Made by a program: the position numbers and the translations under genes. A stretch of DNA of 64,000 nt from a virus (lineage: Duplodnaviria; Heunggongvirae; Uroviricota; Caudoviricetes), in the IMG/VR virus record IMGVR_UViG_3300031993_000049. One strand, 5' to 3'. Below, piece by piece: positions 18,472 to 28,241 of this stretch (position 1 is the stretch's first letter; every line of letters starts with the position of its first letter). Under the pieces are notes generated by a model that was not told where the DNA came from, searched no databases, and was given only the letters and a program-made list of their open reading frames with translations.

Positions 18472-18840
18472 ATGGAAACTAAAGAATTAAAAGAATATTT
18501 GGAGAAACGAATCCAAAAGTACGAAAAGAAAGCATTGCGTTATAAAGATATAGGTAGCGCAGGAATTGCTACAGAAGATAAAGCAATCCTTAGATATATC
18601 AAGTCTAAGGAAAAGAAAGGTGTTGATTACGAACTGTTAAAGAAACAACTTGACGAGGCCCTGGCTAAAGAAACCAAGGAGTCTTGGAATTCGTTTATAG
18701 ATGGCACTATCGATTGTAAAGTGTCATGGTATGATGGATTTATGCTGGATTATACCCAGGAACAATTGGACAATGCTTTGTTAAAGATTGGTGCCGAAGT
18801 TGGAGACAAAGTAAAAGTAATTGTTTTAAAAGATGATTAA
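18472..18840 (+). CDS. hypothetical protein
   Basis: Co-oriented ORF. Confidence 0.65.
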   Translation: METKELKEYLEKRIQKYEKKALRYKDIGSAGIATEDKAILRYIKSKEKKGVDYELLKKQLDEALAKETKESWNSFIDGTIDCKVSWYDGFMLDYTQEQLDNALLKIGAEVGDKVKVIVLKDD

Positions 18841-18855
18841 AAAGAAAATACAATT

Positions 18856-19059
18856 ATGAATACAAAAGAAAAGAAAGAAATAGAAAGTGTAATCAAGAAA
18901 TTTGAAAATTGGGAGACTGGTTGTATGACCCAAATGGCGTGGTGTCATGAACACAATTTCCTGTTGGAAAATATGGCTATGGATTACAAACGAAAAGCAT
19001 ACAGTGACTGTAGAATGGAATTAAGGTATGTGTTAAATCAACTTATTAAAAAAGATTAG
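18856..19059 (+). CDS. hypothetical protein
   Basis: Co-oriented ORF. Confidence 0.6.
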   Translation: MNTKEKKEIESVIKKFENWETGCMTQMAWCHEHNFLLENMAMDYKRKAYSDCRMELRYVLNQLIKKD

Positions 19060-19061
19060 TT

Positions 19062-19331
19062 ATGAGTAAAGGTAAATCAAGAACAGCAACATATAGGCGT
19101 GTTAATGATATGTTAGCCACTCGTGGTACGGAATGTGAATGGTGGGATGGAGGTTATCCAGAATGCATGTTACCTTGGGCTAAAAAAGGTCCAAAAGGAT
19201 GTAATGGGAATCCATTTGTTTGTAAAAAATTATATTTACACCACCTTGCAGCGGCAAAAAAAATCGATAAATACGCAAAATTAGATTTTGAAGAACGAGA
19301 AAAAAACACTTACAAGATAAAACCAATTTAA
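19062..19331 (+). CDS. hypothetical basic protein
   Basis: Co-oriented ORF. Confidence 0.6.
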   Translation: MSKGKSRTATYRRVNDMLATRGTECEWWDGGYPECMLPWAKKGPKGCNGNPFVCKKLYLHHLAAAKKIDKYAKLDFEEREKNTYKIKPI

Positions 19332-19341
19332 TTAAATAATT

Positions 19342-21555
19342 ATGGATTACGAGAAAGCATATAAAGAATTAGAAACAAAAGCGAAGTCATTTATTGCTAG
19401 ATGGGAAGGCATCGAAGCAATTAATTCTGAACTTGCATTGAAAGAACTAAAGGATATGTTCAATGAATTCACAGAGAGTGAGGATGAGAAAATAAGGAAA
19501 GAACTGATTTACTTTTTTCAAAATAGAAGAAAGCAACAAGAAGAAGATAAGTACTATCAAGGCGTAGAGATTCTTGACAGATGGATTTCTTGGCTTGAAA
19601 AGCAAGGTGAACAGAAACCTATCTCTAAATTTAAGGTCGGAGACCGCATATACGACAAAAGAGATAGTTACAACAGAAATGTTATTAGAGAGGTAGGTAA
19701 GGATTACTACATAAATGCTTTTGGCCAGAAGATGGATATGGCTTATACCAATGCCAACTTTGAATTTCTAGAGCATTTAGAGGACGACCATATCGATAGT
19801 AAGCCTGCCGAGTGGAGTAAAGAGGATGAAGAAATATGTCAAGGAATAATAAACACACTTGAAGGCTTGTACGAATCTGCATCAAGCGACACGGTTAAGG
19901 CTTTATATGCTGCGAAAGCAGATTGGCTCAAACACCTCAAACCGAAACCGAGACCAGAGTGGAGTGAAGAGGATGAAAGTGTAGATACTAGATTTGCGTT
20001 TTACACATACAAAGACGAACCTAATGTATTGTATTTGTCAAATGTTTTTGTTGAAGAATCTAGTCGAAACGAAGGTAAAGGTACCGAAATACTCAAAGTT
20101 GCCGAGCAAGTCGCTAAATCACTCAATAAGACTACAATTCGTCTGAAAGTTAAAAAGGAATCTGAAGCAAACGAGTGGTATTATAAGCATGGGTATTCAC
20201 TTATACAATGTGAAGATGAATATAATTGGCTTGAAAAGAAAATAGAGCAGAAGCCTATTATGATTCAATGGACTGGAGATAATCTCAAAGACGTAACTGA
20301 GTTTACTGGTTATTCTCCTAAATTCAGCGAGTGGTTTAAGAATTGGGAAGAATATGAAACTTATGTTCATTCTCACAACAATATCTTTAAGATGTTTAAT
20401 GAAGATGGTTCTCACTACGAAGTTCCTGTCGGTGCATGGATTGTAAAAACTCCAGACGGACATAATGTTGCTTCAAAAGCAACTTATATTCAGAAGCCTG
20501 CTTCCAAGGTTGAACCAATGTTTAAGGTTGGTGATTGGATTATATCTGACAAGGCACATGAGGATTATCGTATCTGTAAAATTATTGAGGTTGGTAACGG
20601 AAATTATAAAATAGAGTCGATACACGGATATTGTGGTTATAACGAATATAAGTATTTTGACAATATATATAGACTTTGGACCATTGAGGATGCAAAACCA
20701 GGTGATGTACTTGTAGATAATCATCCGTTTATTTTTGAAAAAGTTGATACTTCTGGCCACTGTTATGCTTATTGCGGTTTAAATCCGTTTGATGAGTTTA
20801 TGATAGAGTCTGAGGGAGAATCGGGAGAATGGACGTGGCATCCTAATGTACATCCTGCAACAAATGAACAGATTAACTTGTTATTTCAGAAAATGGAAGA
20901 AGCAGGTTATGAGTGGGATTCCGAAAAGTTAAAGTTGGTCAAAATTGATCAAGAAGAAGAGGACACCCCAAAGTTTAAGGTAAAAAAAGGTGAATGGTAC
21001 GTTTGTACTAATACTTTTGTATTAAAAGGTAAAATTATTGCAATTAAGGGACAAACATATCAATCAAAACAACAAGATAATACTATAACTTGTGAAGATA
21101 ATTGTCTTTTTATTGATAGACATGATGGTAAGGCATCAGACTATTTTCGTCTTTGGACTATCCAAGACGCAAAGCCTGGTGATATCCTTACTGACAAAGA
21201 TGGTTGTACCTTCATCTTTAGAGAATTAGACGCTGATTTTGACGAAACTATGGCTATGGCTTATTGCGGCATTAACAGTGATGGTTATTTTATTCTTTGC
21301 GAAAAAGGTAGAGTTTGGACAGATCCAGAAGAGGTATATCCAGCAGATTCAGACGATCGTAATCATTTGTTTGACAAAATGAGGGACGCTGGTTATGAAT
21401 GGGATTCCACAAAACTTGAGTTAAAAGTGGTCAAACAGGAACCACCAGTTGTAAAAAATGAAAATAAAGAACGTTTTGAACGTATTGTTGGATTTCTAAG
21501 ATATAAAGGGTTTGAAGATGATGCTGACTGGCTCGAATCATCGAAATTTCATTAA
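19342..21555 (+). CDS. large multidomain protein: central GNAT-like acetyltransferase segment plus internally duplicated ~95-aa C-terminal modules
   Basis: FAFYTYKDEPNVLYLSNVFVEESSRNEGKGTEILKV is GNAT-like. Repeats: YRLWTIEDAKPGDVLVD..YAYCGLN..LFQKMEEAGYEWDSEKLKLV versus FRLWTIQDAKPGDILTD..MAYCGIN..LFDKMRDAGYEWDSTKLELK. Three KFKVGD motifs. Confidence 0.8.
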   Translation: MDYEKAYKELETKAKSFIARWEGIEAINSELALKELKDMFNEFTESEDEKIRKELIYFFQNRRKQQEEDKYYQGVEILDRWISWLEKQGEQKPISKFKVGDRIYDKRDSYNRNVIREVGKDYYINAFGQKMDMAYTNANFEFLEHLEDDHIDSKPAEWSKEDEEICQGIINTLEGLYESASSDTVKALYAAKADWLKHLKPKPRPEWSEEDESVDTRFAFYTYKDEPNVLYLSNVFVEESSRNEGKGTEILKVAEQVAKSLNKTTIRLKVKKESEANEWYYKHGYSLIQCEDEYNWLEKKIEQKPIMIQWTGDNLKDVTEFTGYSPKFSEWFKNWEEYETYVHSHNNIFKMFNEDGSHYEVPVGAWIVKTPDGHNVASKATYIQKPASKVEPMFKVGDWIISDKAHEDYRICKIIEVGNGNYKIESIHGYCGYNEYKYFDNIYRLWTIEDAKPGDVLVDNHPFIFEKVDTSGHCYAYCGLNPFDEFMIESEGESGEWTWHPNVHPATNEQINLLFQKMEEAGYEWDSEKLKLVKIDQEEEDTPKFKVKKGEWYVCTNTFVLKGKIIAIKGQTYQSKQQDNTITCEDNCLFIDRHDGKASDYFRLWTIQDAKPGDILTDKDGCTFIFRELDADFDETMAMAYCGINSDGYFILCEKGRVWTDPEEVYPADSDDRNHLFDKMRDAGYEWDSTKLELKVVKQEPPVVKNENKERFERIVGFLRYKGFEDDADWLESSKFH

Positions 21556-21571
21556 AAAAATTTTTAAGCAA

Positions 21572-21814
21572 ATGAAAGTAGGACGAGATTATTCTTGGTG
21601 GGTTCAATACTCCTGGAAGTATAAATGGTATGACAAAGATGAAGAAGTTTGGGAAATCGACGACTTCGGCTCTGGAAGATTTACGTGTACCAAAAAGGAA
21701 ATAAAAAAGGCTGTTACCGAACATATTGAAAAATATGAACTAGCGGATACACAATATTGTGATTTGGAAGTTAGTATTGATGACGCTTATATGACAACTA
21801 CGGAAGAAGTATGA
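21572..21814 (+). CDS. hypothetical protein
   Basis: Track ORF starts at TTG inside upstream gene. Moved to ATG after upstream stop. Confidence 0.55.
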   Translation: MKVGRDYSWWVQYSWKYKWYDKDEEVWEIDDFGSGRFTCTKKEIKKAVTEHIEKYELADTQYCDLEVSIDDAYMTTTEEV

Positions 21815-21919
21815 CCACAGAAGAAGAATTATTGGAATGGACCTTGGATGAATTAAAACAACATCCAAGGCACTACAATTCAGCGATTGATTTTGTAAAT
21901 GAGTTAAAAGATTTAATGT

Positions 21920-22159
21920 ATGGACCAGGATGTAATTATAAACCCAAGAGAAGGGCTAGAAAGAGTAAAAAGCGGTAGTTCGTTAGATACCGAAACTAAA
22001 CTACGCTTGGCTGAAGAAATGATTCAACAGGCAAAGAAACTACTTTGGGATGAATGGAACGACTATGCCGATGTCCAAATGTGGATGCACGACATGGAAA
22101 TGGCAAGAATGAAAACCTCAATCTTGTTGAGTAGTTATCTACACGGACAATGGAAATAA
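21920..22159 (+). CDS. hypothetical protein
   Basis: ORF. An alternative 56-aa ORF at 21811-21978 in another frame is also possible. Confidence 0.5.
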   Translation: MDQDVIINPREGLERVKSGSSLDTETKLRLAEEMIQQAKKLLWDEWNDYADVQMWMHDMEMARMKTSILLSSYLHGQWK

Positions 22160-22173
22160 TTGATCAATAAACA

Positions 22174-22431
22174 ATGAATGATATGAAAACAAAAAAAATT
22201 TGGATTACCAGAGACAAGGAAGGTGATTTATTTGTGTTCGATGCCAAACCCATTCGAAACAAGGAATACGGTATATTCGTATGTGATAAACATGAAGATA
22301 ATTGCCGTGAAATAGAAGAAGAACCATCAGAACGTTTTGACCCCTTCTATGGATTATTCCCAGATTTAACCTGGGAGAATAGCCCAATTGAATTTGTATT
22401 AAAAGAAAACGAAGATGAAGGAGTTTTATAA
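22174..22431 (+). CDS. hypothetical protein
   Basis: Co-oriented ORF. Confidence 0.6.
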   Translation: MNDMKTKKIWITRDKEGDLFVFDAKPIRNKEYGIFVCDKHEDNCREIEEEPSERFDPFYGLFPDLTWENSPIEFVLKENEDEGVL

Positions 22432-22708
22432 AGCACTACTTTCCGTCGCCAATAAAACGGAAGACGGTATGTTCCACGTCAATCTGGATGATGTCACACA
22501 GAAGTTTAAAGAGGCTGGATGGCACATTTATGATTTTGGTGGTGAACAGATATGGTCTAAGAGAGAACTCACACCAGAAGAATATGCTGCATATAAACAA
22601 AAATATGACGATGGAATTAATGCAATGGTTGAGGGTCTAACCAAAGACATTGACAAGAAAATACTCGAAAAAATATTAAAAGAACATAAGTATGATACTG
22701 TTAAGTAA
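22415..22708 (+). CDS. hypothetical protein
   Basis: Co-oriented ORF. Confidence 0.6.
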   Translation: MKEFYKALLSVANKTEDGMFHVNLDDVTQKFKEAGWHIYDFGGEQIWSKRELTPEEYAAYKQKYDDGINAMVEGLTKDIDKKILEKILKEHKYDTVK

Positions 22709-22961
22709 AAAAGACATTCAAGCAAGGGCGGATAAATTATATCCAATTGTGCCTCTTAAAACCAGGACAGACGAGGATCCGAGTGTAGTTGTTAATGACA
22801 GCGAGTTACTTGAGAATTTCCGTCTCACTATTCAATCGACCTGTTCCAATATGGCGTATGTACGTGGTTATAACGACGCTGCTAATGATTGGTTCACTAC
22901 AGTTATTTCTGTTTTAATCGGTTTACTTATTGGCTTTTTCGCGTGTGTAATATTTTTTTAA
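22692..22961 (+). CDS. hypothetical protein with C-terminal TM helix
   Basis: Co-oriented ORF. Confidence 0.6.
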   Translation: MILLSKKDIQARADKLYPIVPLKTRTDEDPSVVVNDSELLENFRLTIQSTCSNMAYVRGYNDAANDWFTTVISVLIGLLIGFFACVIFF

Positions 22962-22973
22962 TATATTTGTAAT

Positions 22974-23441
22974 ATGTTAATAACTGAATTAAACATAGGA
23001 GATTACGTATATTCCAAAAAGAATATAACAAACGAACCATATATTGTCGATGGGATACTTAAACATTCAATCATAACAACAGAAGGCAAATCAATTGAAG
23101 TTGACGATCTTGAACCAGTTAAAATGAATCAAAGTGTATTATTATCTAACGGTTTTACACAAGATGGTACATTAAAAAACTGGTATTCAAGGATGTACGG
23201 CAAAAAACATGTAACTGTTTGTCTGCACGTTGTGGAAGATAATGTTTACGGTTACGACTTTTGGATTAATCAACCTTGGGGTGTTTCTATCCAAACTAAG
23301 ATATCTAATGTTTGGAATAAAATGGACGGATTTACATATAAACTTGGCGCTCGTCCAACTTGTGCTGATGCAATTGGCGTTCACATACTTCAGCACGCAT
23401 ATACATTCGCTGAAATTGAAGAAAAATTAATAATTAAATAA
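22974..23441 (+). CDS. hypothetical protein
   Basis: Preceded by TATATTTG box. Confidence 0.7.
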   Translation: MLITELNIGDYVYSKKNITNEPYIVDGILKHSIITTEGKSIEVDDLEPVKMNQSVLLSNGFTQDGTLKNWYSRMYGKKHVTVCLHVVEDNVYGYDFWINQPWGVSIQTKISNVWNKMDGFTYKLGARPTCADAIGVHILQHAYTFAEIEEKLIIK

Positions 23442-23442
23442 T

Positions 23443-23688
23443 ATGGATACAACAGGAATTATAGTATTAATAGTTTATGTTATCGGGTATTTTCTTAGTT
23501 TCTTTCTGACAATCAAATACTGCAGAAATAATAAGGAGTATCTGACACTCTCAGAATTTGCTTGGATGTCGTTTATGTCACTTGCGTCATGGATTAGTGC
23601 AATTACACTTTATATCTTTACGCACGAGGACAAACCCGTGATGAGATTCAAGGATAAATCAATCTTTACTGAGAAAGACGATTTTTAA
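23443..23688 (+). CDS. 2-TM membrane protein, paralog D1
   Basis: Similar to 47942-48163 (ITLSEFAWMSFMSLASWI versus ITLSELVWMSFLSLFSWI). Confidence 0.7.
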   Translation: MDTTGIIVLIVYVIGYFLSFFLTIKYCRNNKEYLTLSEFAWMSFMSLASWISAITLYIFTHEDKPVMRFKDKSIFTEKDDF

Positions 23689-23788
23689 TTATGGAAAATA
23701 AAAATATATTAGATGGAGTAACCTGGAAATACGAAACTGGAGAGTTGGCGTTTTACAGTTGGTTACACAGTTATGACGACGATTAATT

Positions 23789-24628
23789 ATGATACATTTT
23801 AGACTTAGATGTAAACATTGTCAAAAGGAATATACGTATTGTACCTACGGTAACGGTCAAGAATATGGTACCGAAGAAGGGTGCAGTATGGAGTATTGTG
23901 CCGAATGTCAAAAAGCAATCGACAAGGCCCTGGGTAAAATACCAGTAAAGTTTGAGTCAAGACAAATGGAGATAAAAGAAGATAGATTATTTCCATTGTT
24001 TGAAAAGATCAAAACTGAGGTAGAAGAAGAACGAAAGAAATCTATTTACTTCAATGCTTGTATATGTGTTGGTCATCCAGAAGCATCTAATTACGACATT
24101 ATAGAGGAATATCACCACGATGGTATTCATTACTTTGTGAAATGGTTAGATGAAAGTCCAGAGGATAAACATATCTTTGTTGATATGGAATATGATATCA
24201 AGAAGAAGAAATTCACTGGACAACCTTGGAAATACGATGATAAGGGTAAAGATTATTATTCTTCACATCGGAATATGGCAAAGGATTTCGTAAAACGAAT
24301 GCAGGCACTAGATGTTGTGGATCCAATGCCAATGCCAATGTCTGAACCACAAGGATTATTGTTTTATTCAGAACCAGTAATCGATTGGGAACTTACTGGT
24401 CCAAAGACGCAACCACGTCAGAGATCACATGAACTAAGACAATTTGATCTTCCTTATACTGGAGGACAGATTCCGTCTGTAATAGAACACGGTTGGTATC
24501 AGACCACAGTAAAGGTTGCTCAAGGTGTAGATGTAGAGCATTTGATCAATTTCTTAAATTATAATTGTATATTTGTTCAGTACGACGACGAAGACGTTGC
24601 TACATTGATCAAAATAGAATGTGTTTAA
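23789..24628 (+). CDS. hypothetical protein with N-terminal zinc-finger-like Cys cluster
   Basis: CKHCQKEY..C..CSMEYCAECQKAI. Confidence 0.7.
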   Translation: MIHFRLRCKHCQKEYTYCTYGNGQEYGTEEGCSMEYCAECQKAIDKALGKIPVKFESRQMEIKEDRLFPLFEKIKTEVEEERKKSIYFNACICVGHPEASNYDIIEEYHHDGIHYFVKWLDESPEDKHIFVDMEYDIKKKKFTGQPWKYDDKGKDYYSSHRNMAKDFVKRMQALDVVDPMPMPMSEPQGLLFYSEPVIDWELTGPKTQPRQRSHELRQFDLPYTGGQIPSVIEHGWYQTTVKVAQGVDVEHLINFLNYNCIFVQYDDEDVATLIKIECV

Positions 24629-24646
24629 TTTAAAGATTTAATCATT

Positions 24647-24907
24647 ATGGAAGGTGATATGAAACTTTTAAAATTTTTGTGTATATTTAACACTGTCGCA
24701 ACTGTACTGCTTTGGGTTTTCGTCTTGGTGACCAGCGACCTTAAAGGTATCGCTATGGATAGAACCGAGGAACTTGCAAGAAAACAGAAACAACTTGAAG
24801 AAAAGGTTGAATTTATCCAGGAATCCGCCAAAGTAGATACTCTTGTAGTTAGAATGACTATTGATGAAATTAAACAAGTAAAAAACAATATTAAAAAAAC
24901 AAAGTAA
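24647..24907 (+). CDS. hypothetical protein (N-terminal TM, coiled coil)
   Basis: Co-oriented ORF. Confidence 0.55.
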   Translation: MEGDMKLLKFLCIFNTVATVLLWVFVLVTSDLKGIAMDRTEELARKQKQLEEKVEFIQESAKVDTLVVRMTIDEIKQVKNNIKKTK

Positions 24908-25123
24908 GAAATTATGAGATTCTTTTTATTGATTCTTTTTGCAGTACTGTTCCTGGTACTGTTGTATTATGTAACGGTGATTATCCACCTGTTTACTGGG
25001 ATGTTCGGTAAAGACATCAAATTTAGCAGAACCCTTATTCCGTTCTACGGATGGACGAAATGGTTCCAAGATCTAGACTAATCAAAAAAAATGTTAAACA
25101 ATATTAATTAAAAAAAGTACAAA

Positions 25124-26287
25124 ATGGAAAGTAAAAAAATTGTTATTACCAGCGTCATCGCTGTGTTTGTAATCATTGTTCTCTGCTGCATTGGCAGTCT
25201 TGTTGAGGACGTAAAGAATGAAACTATCGTCGTTAACCAGGTACCTATTACAGGTACGATGGAAGTATGGAGCCAGCCTGGTATGTATGTCCAGAAGTTC
25301 GGCCACACCACGACCTATCACAAGACCGAGCAACTTTGGTTCGGTGCCCAGGAAAATGGTGAACCTATCAAGGTAATTTTTAACGACGCTTCTAATGGTT
25401 TGATTTATGGCTCACTTCGAGTAAAGTTGCCGACAGACCGAGAGCATATGCTTCGTATTCAAACCGATTACAACGGTACGGACCGACTTATGAATGACCT
25501 TATCCGTCCTACTGTTACCAAGGTTGTATACGCTTCAGGCCCGCTTATGAGTGCATTCGAATCTTATGCAGAGAAGAAAAACAACTTGATCGAATACATT
25601 ACGGACCAGTTGAACAACGGTGTTTACACTACCACAGTTCGCACAGTTGATGTTGTTGACCCGATTACAGGCGAGACCAAGACACAGAAAGTAGCCGCAC
25701 TTATCCCCGACAGTTTGTCAGCAGGTGGATTCCGCCGTTCCGAGAGTTCTCCGTTTGAGTTCTACGGAATTGAGATTGGCCAGGTATCCGTTTCTGAGAT
25801 TGACTATGAGGACAAAGTTAAACAGCAAATCGCACAGCAACAGGAGGCAAACATGTTGATCCAGACCTCTAAGTCCAAGGCTGCTGCAGCACAACAGGAA
25901 GCCATTCGTGCAGAGCAAGAAGGTAAGGCATCTGCAGCAAAGGCTAAGTGGGAGCAGGAGAAGATTAAGGCTATCGAGGTTACAAAGGCTGAGCAGGAGC
26001 GTGAGGTTTCTCGACTTGCAGCAGAAAAGGCTGAGTTCGATAAGAAACGTATCATTGCCGAAGGTGAGGCAGAGGCTGCTGCTAACCGTGCAAAGGTTGC
26101 CGCAGGTTTGACCCCGCAGGAACGTGCCGAATGGGATTACAAGACCAGAGTTGGTGTTGCAGAGGCCGTTGCTAAGGTTACACTTCCGAAGGTTGTTATG
26201 GGCGGAAATGGACAGGGTGGAAACGCAACTATGGACATCATGAGTCTCAAGTTTGCTACCGACCTTGTTGAGAAACTTAGCAAGTAA
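25124..26287 (+). CDS. SPFH/band-7 (prohibitin/flotillin-like) membrane protein
   Basis: N-terminal TM helix, then an SPFH-like core and a long Ala/Glu/Lys coiled coil. GC clearly higher than surroundings. Confidence 0.7.
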   Translation: MESKKIVITSVIAVFVIIVLCCIGSLVEDVKNETIVVNQVPITGTMEVWSQPGMYVQKFGHTTTYHKTEQLWFGAQENGEPIKVIFNDASNGLIYGSLRVKLPTDREHMLRIQTDYNGTDRLMNDLIRPTVTKVVYASGPLMSAFESYAEKKNNLIEYITDQLNNGVYTTTVRTVDVVDPITGETKTQKVAALIPDSLSAGGFRRSESSPFEFYGIEIGQVSVSEIDYEDKVKQQIAQQQEANMLIQTSKSKAAAAQQEAIRAEQEGKASAAKAKWEQEKIKAIEVTKAEQEREVSRLAAEKAEFDKKRIIAEGEAEAAANRAKVAAGLTPQERAEWDYKTRVGVAEAVAKVTLPKVVMGGNGQGGNATMDIMSLKFATDLVEKLSK

Positions 26288-26308
26288 ATAACAATGAAAC
26301 AACAAAAA

Positions 26309-26340
26309 TGCGTGCTAAGGGCCACTTTGGCACGCTTTTT
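26309..26340 (+). terminator. possible terminator hairpin (GCGTGC...GCACGC) plus T5. Loop contains TTTGGCACG.
   Basis: 6-bp GC stem followed by T-run. Weaker than the others. Confidence 0.35.
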
Positions 26341-26371
26341 GTTTGACTTTTAATAAAAAATTTGTATAATT

Positions 26372-26821
26372 ATGATACATGAAAAAATCAATGGGCTGAT
26401 CATGGAATCAATGAAAGCCCGCAACGATATACGTACGGAATCACTCCGTGCAATCAAGACCGCTTTCCTTAACTGGAAAACGGAAAAAGAAAACGTTGGC
26501 AAGGAACCTGACGAGGCTTCAGAGTTGCAGATGCTTAGGAAACTCGTTAAACAGCGCCAGGAGTCAATTGAAATGTACAATGCTGCTGGCAGAACCGATT
26601 TGGCTGAAGCAGAGGCCGCACAGATTAACGTTATCAAAGAATTTCTTCCTGCTGAAGCAACAGAGGAAGACGTTCTTAAGGCTTTCAACGAGGTTCTTAC
26701 TGATCTGGACATTGAGCCAGTAAAGAAGAATATGGGTGCCTTTGTAAAGAACATCAAGACTATCTTGCCTAACGCAGACGGTAAGTTGGTAGCAAGTGTT
26801 GTACAAAAACAATTGCATTAA
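26372..26821 (+). CDS. YqeY / GatB C-terminal-domain-like protein
   Basis: Length and motifs (RTESLRAIKTAF, LVKQRQESIEMYNAAGRTDLAEAEAAQINVIKEFLP, KNMGAFVK) match the YqeY family end to end. Confidence 0.85.
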   Translation: MIHEKINGLIMESMKARNDIRTESLRAIKTAFLNWKTEKENVGKEPDEASELQMLRKLVKQRQESIEMYNAAGRTDLAEAEAAQINVIKEFLPAEATEEDVLKAFNEVLTDLDIEPVKKNMGAFVKNIKTILPNADGKLVASVVQKQLH

Positions 26822-27063
26822 TGGATATAATAGAACGCGGAATACGATCTCACTTGACAATGGACGGTAGGCCGAAGAAGGGTTTATCCGAAAACGATGC
26901 AGTGAAACTGTGTTATCGGTTAAACTGTAACCCTTTTTCCATTCATCAAGTAGTGGCATACAAATGTGTGTCCTGTGGTAAATTCCATATCGGCCACACC
27001 CGCGTTGTATTAACCGACGAAAAAAAGGAAACTTATAAGAAAAAATTACTTAAATTGGAATAA
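26821..27063 (+). CDS. hypothetical protein
   Basis: Co-oriented ORF. Confidence 0.6.
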   Translation: MDIIERGIRSHLTMDGRPKKGLSENDAVKLCYRLNCNPFSIHQVVAYKCVSCGKFHIGHTRVVLTDEKKETYKKKLLKLE

Positions 27064-27064
27064 A

Positions 27065-27406
27065 ATGTCAAACATATTTTTTAGTACTGATAAAAAAATA
27101 TCAGATTATCTACATGGAAAATTCTTCAGATGTGTTGGCCGATTTCTTCCCTGGTTGAAAATAGGTGAAACATACTGGTTTGAATATCATGGAAATGGAG
27201 AATATGAGGTAAGAAGTGATAATAATCTTGGTAAAAGATTTAATATGAGTCAATTACAACTTATCACTAAATTTGTTCCAACAGAAGTTGAAGATGATAT
27301 ATCATTTGCTTTAACATATGGATTTTGGTTGTCAGACAGAGGAGTTCATCACACAAATCTTGACAATATGATAAATTATTATCACAACAAAAAAGAGAAA
27401 TTATAG
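27065..27406 (+). CDS. hypothetical protein
   Basis: Co-oriented ORF. Confidence 0.65.
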   Translation: MSNIFFSTDKKISDYLHGKFFRCVGRFLPWLKIGETYWFEYHGNGEYEVRSDNNLGKRFNMSQLQLITKFVPTEVEDDISFALTYGFWLSDRGVHHTNLDNMINYYHNKKEKL

Positions 27407-27423
27407 GAAAAAATTACTTAAAT

Positions 27424-27981
27424 ATGGATAAATTACGTTGGAATAGATTTAAATGGAAAATGCGTGAACTACGAGACAAAGTGGTTTACTATGTTACTAT
27501 GCCGTATGTCAGACTACGTAATTATGTGCTTGTCAAGAAATTTCCTTTTTTGAAACCACAGTGTGGATGGGGTGTTGATATGGAATACCATAAACCAGGG
27601 TATAAATACCGTTATGAGGAAACCTGGCTTGACGGAATGCCTAAAGCCTGGAGACGCAGTTTTGGTATTCAGTTATGTATAAACCTGAAACATATCATTG
27701 AACGCGATGGTTTAACTGATTACAAAGTACGTCAGGTAAAAGAGAAATTTGGCGGTTTACGTTGGTATGACGAAGGTGGTAACAAATACACCGCTATGCT
27801 AATTGAGAGTTACGAACATCTTAGTATGACAATGTGCTTTTACTGTGGTAGAAAAGCAGAATATGTTGGTACCGAATGGATTGTTTTCTATTGTCCGAAA
27901 TGTGCAAAAAAAGCGATGAAACGCGGAAGACAATGTGTGCCACTTAAAAATGGAATTGGAGTAATAAGAACAGAATTATGA
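27424..27981 (+). CDS. hypothetical protein with C-terminal zinc ribbon (CFYCG...CPKC)
   Basis: Co-oriented ORF. Confidence 0.7.
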   Translation: MDKLRWNRFKWKMRELRDKVVYYVTMPYVRLRNYVLVKKFPFLKPQCGWGVDMEYHKPGYKYRYEETWLDGMPKAWRRSFGIQLCINLKHIIERDGLTDYKVRQVKEKFGGLRWYDEGGNKYTAMLIESYEHLSMTMCFYCGRKAEYVGTEWIVFYCPKCAKKAMKRGRQCVPLKNGIGVIRTEL

Positions 27982-28238
27982 AAATATTTGGAATATTAAT
28001 ACTTGTGGTATTGTACCTGCTTATGGGTGTTTTGATTTTGAGCATGTATTCACTGGTTAAAGATTACGACATACCATTTAGTAAAGATAACGATGATGAA
28101 ACAAGTGCAAAACAAATGTTAGTTTGGTCATTCTGGCCATTTTACCTTTTGTATTTGATCATTTACTGTATTGCATGGTATATCAATAAAATGTGTTTTT
28201 CTATAAAATACATATTAAACAAATTCAAAAATAGTTAA
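27978..28238 (+). CDS. small membrane protein
   Basis: Two hydrophobic segments. Confidence 0.6.
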   Translation: MKIFGILILVVLYLLMGVLILSMYSLVKDYDIPFSKDNDDETSAKQMLVWSFWPFYLLYLIIYCIAWYINKMCFSIKYILNKFKNS

Positions 28239-28241
28239 GAT

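Noticed and set aside
25718-26305. 195-aa minus-strand ORF, plus-strand alternative-frame ORFs 25908-26111 and 26448-26723, and overlapping minus-strand ORFs 26137-26325, 26350-26757 and 26564-26959
   Set aside because: These are open frames created by the locally high GC of the SPFH and YqeY genes. The SPFH and YqeY frames carry the real domain signatures.
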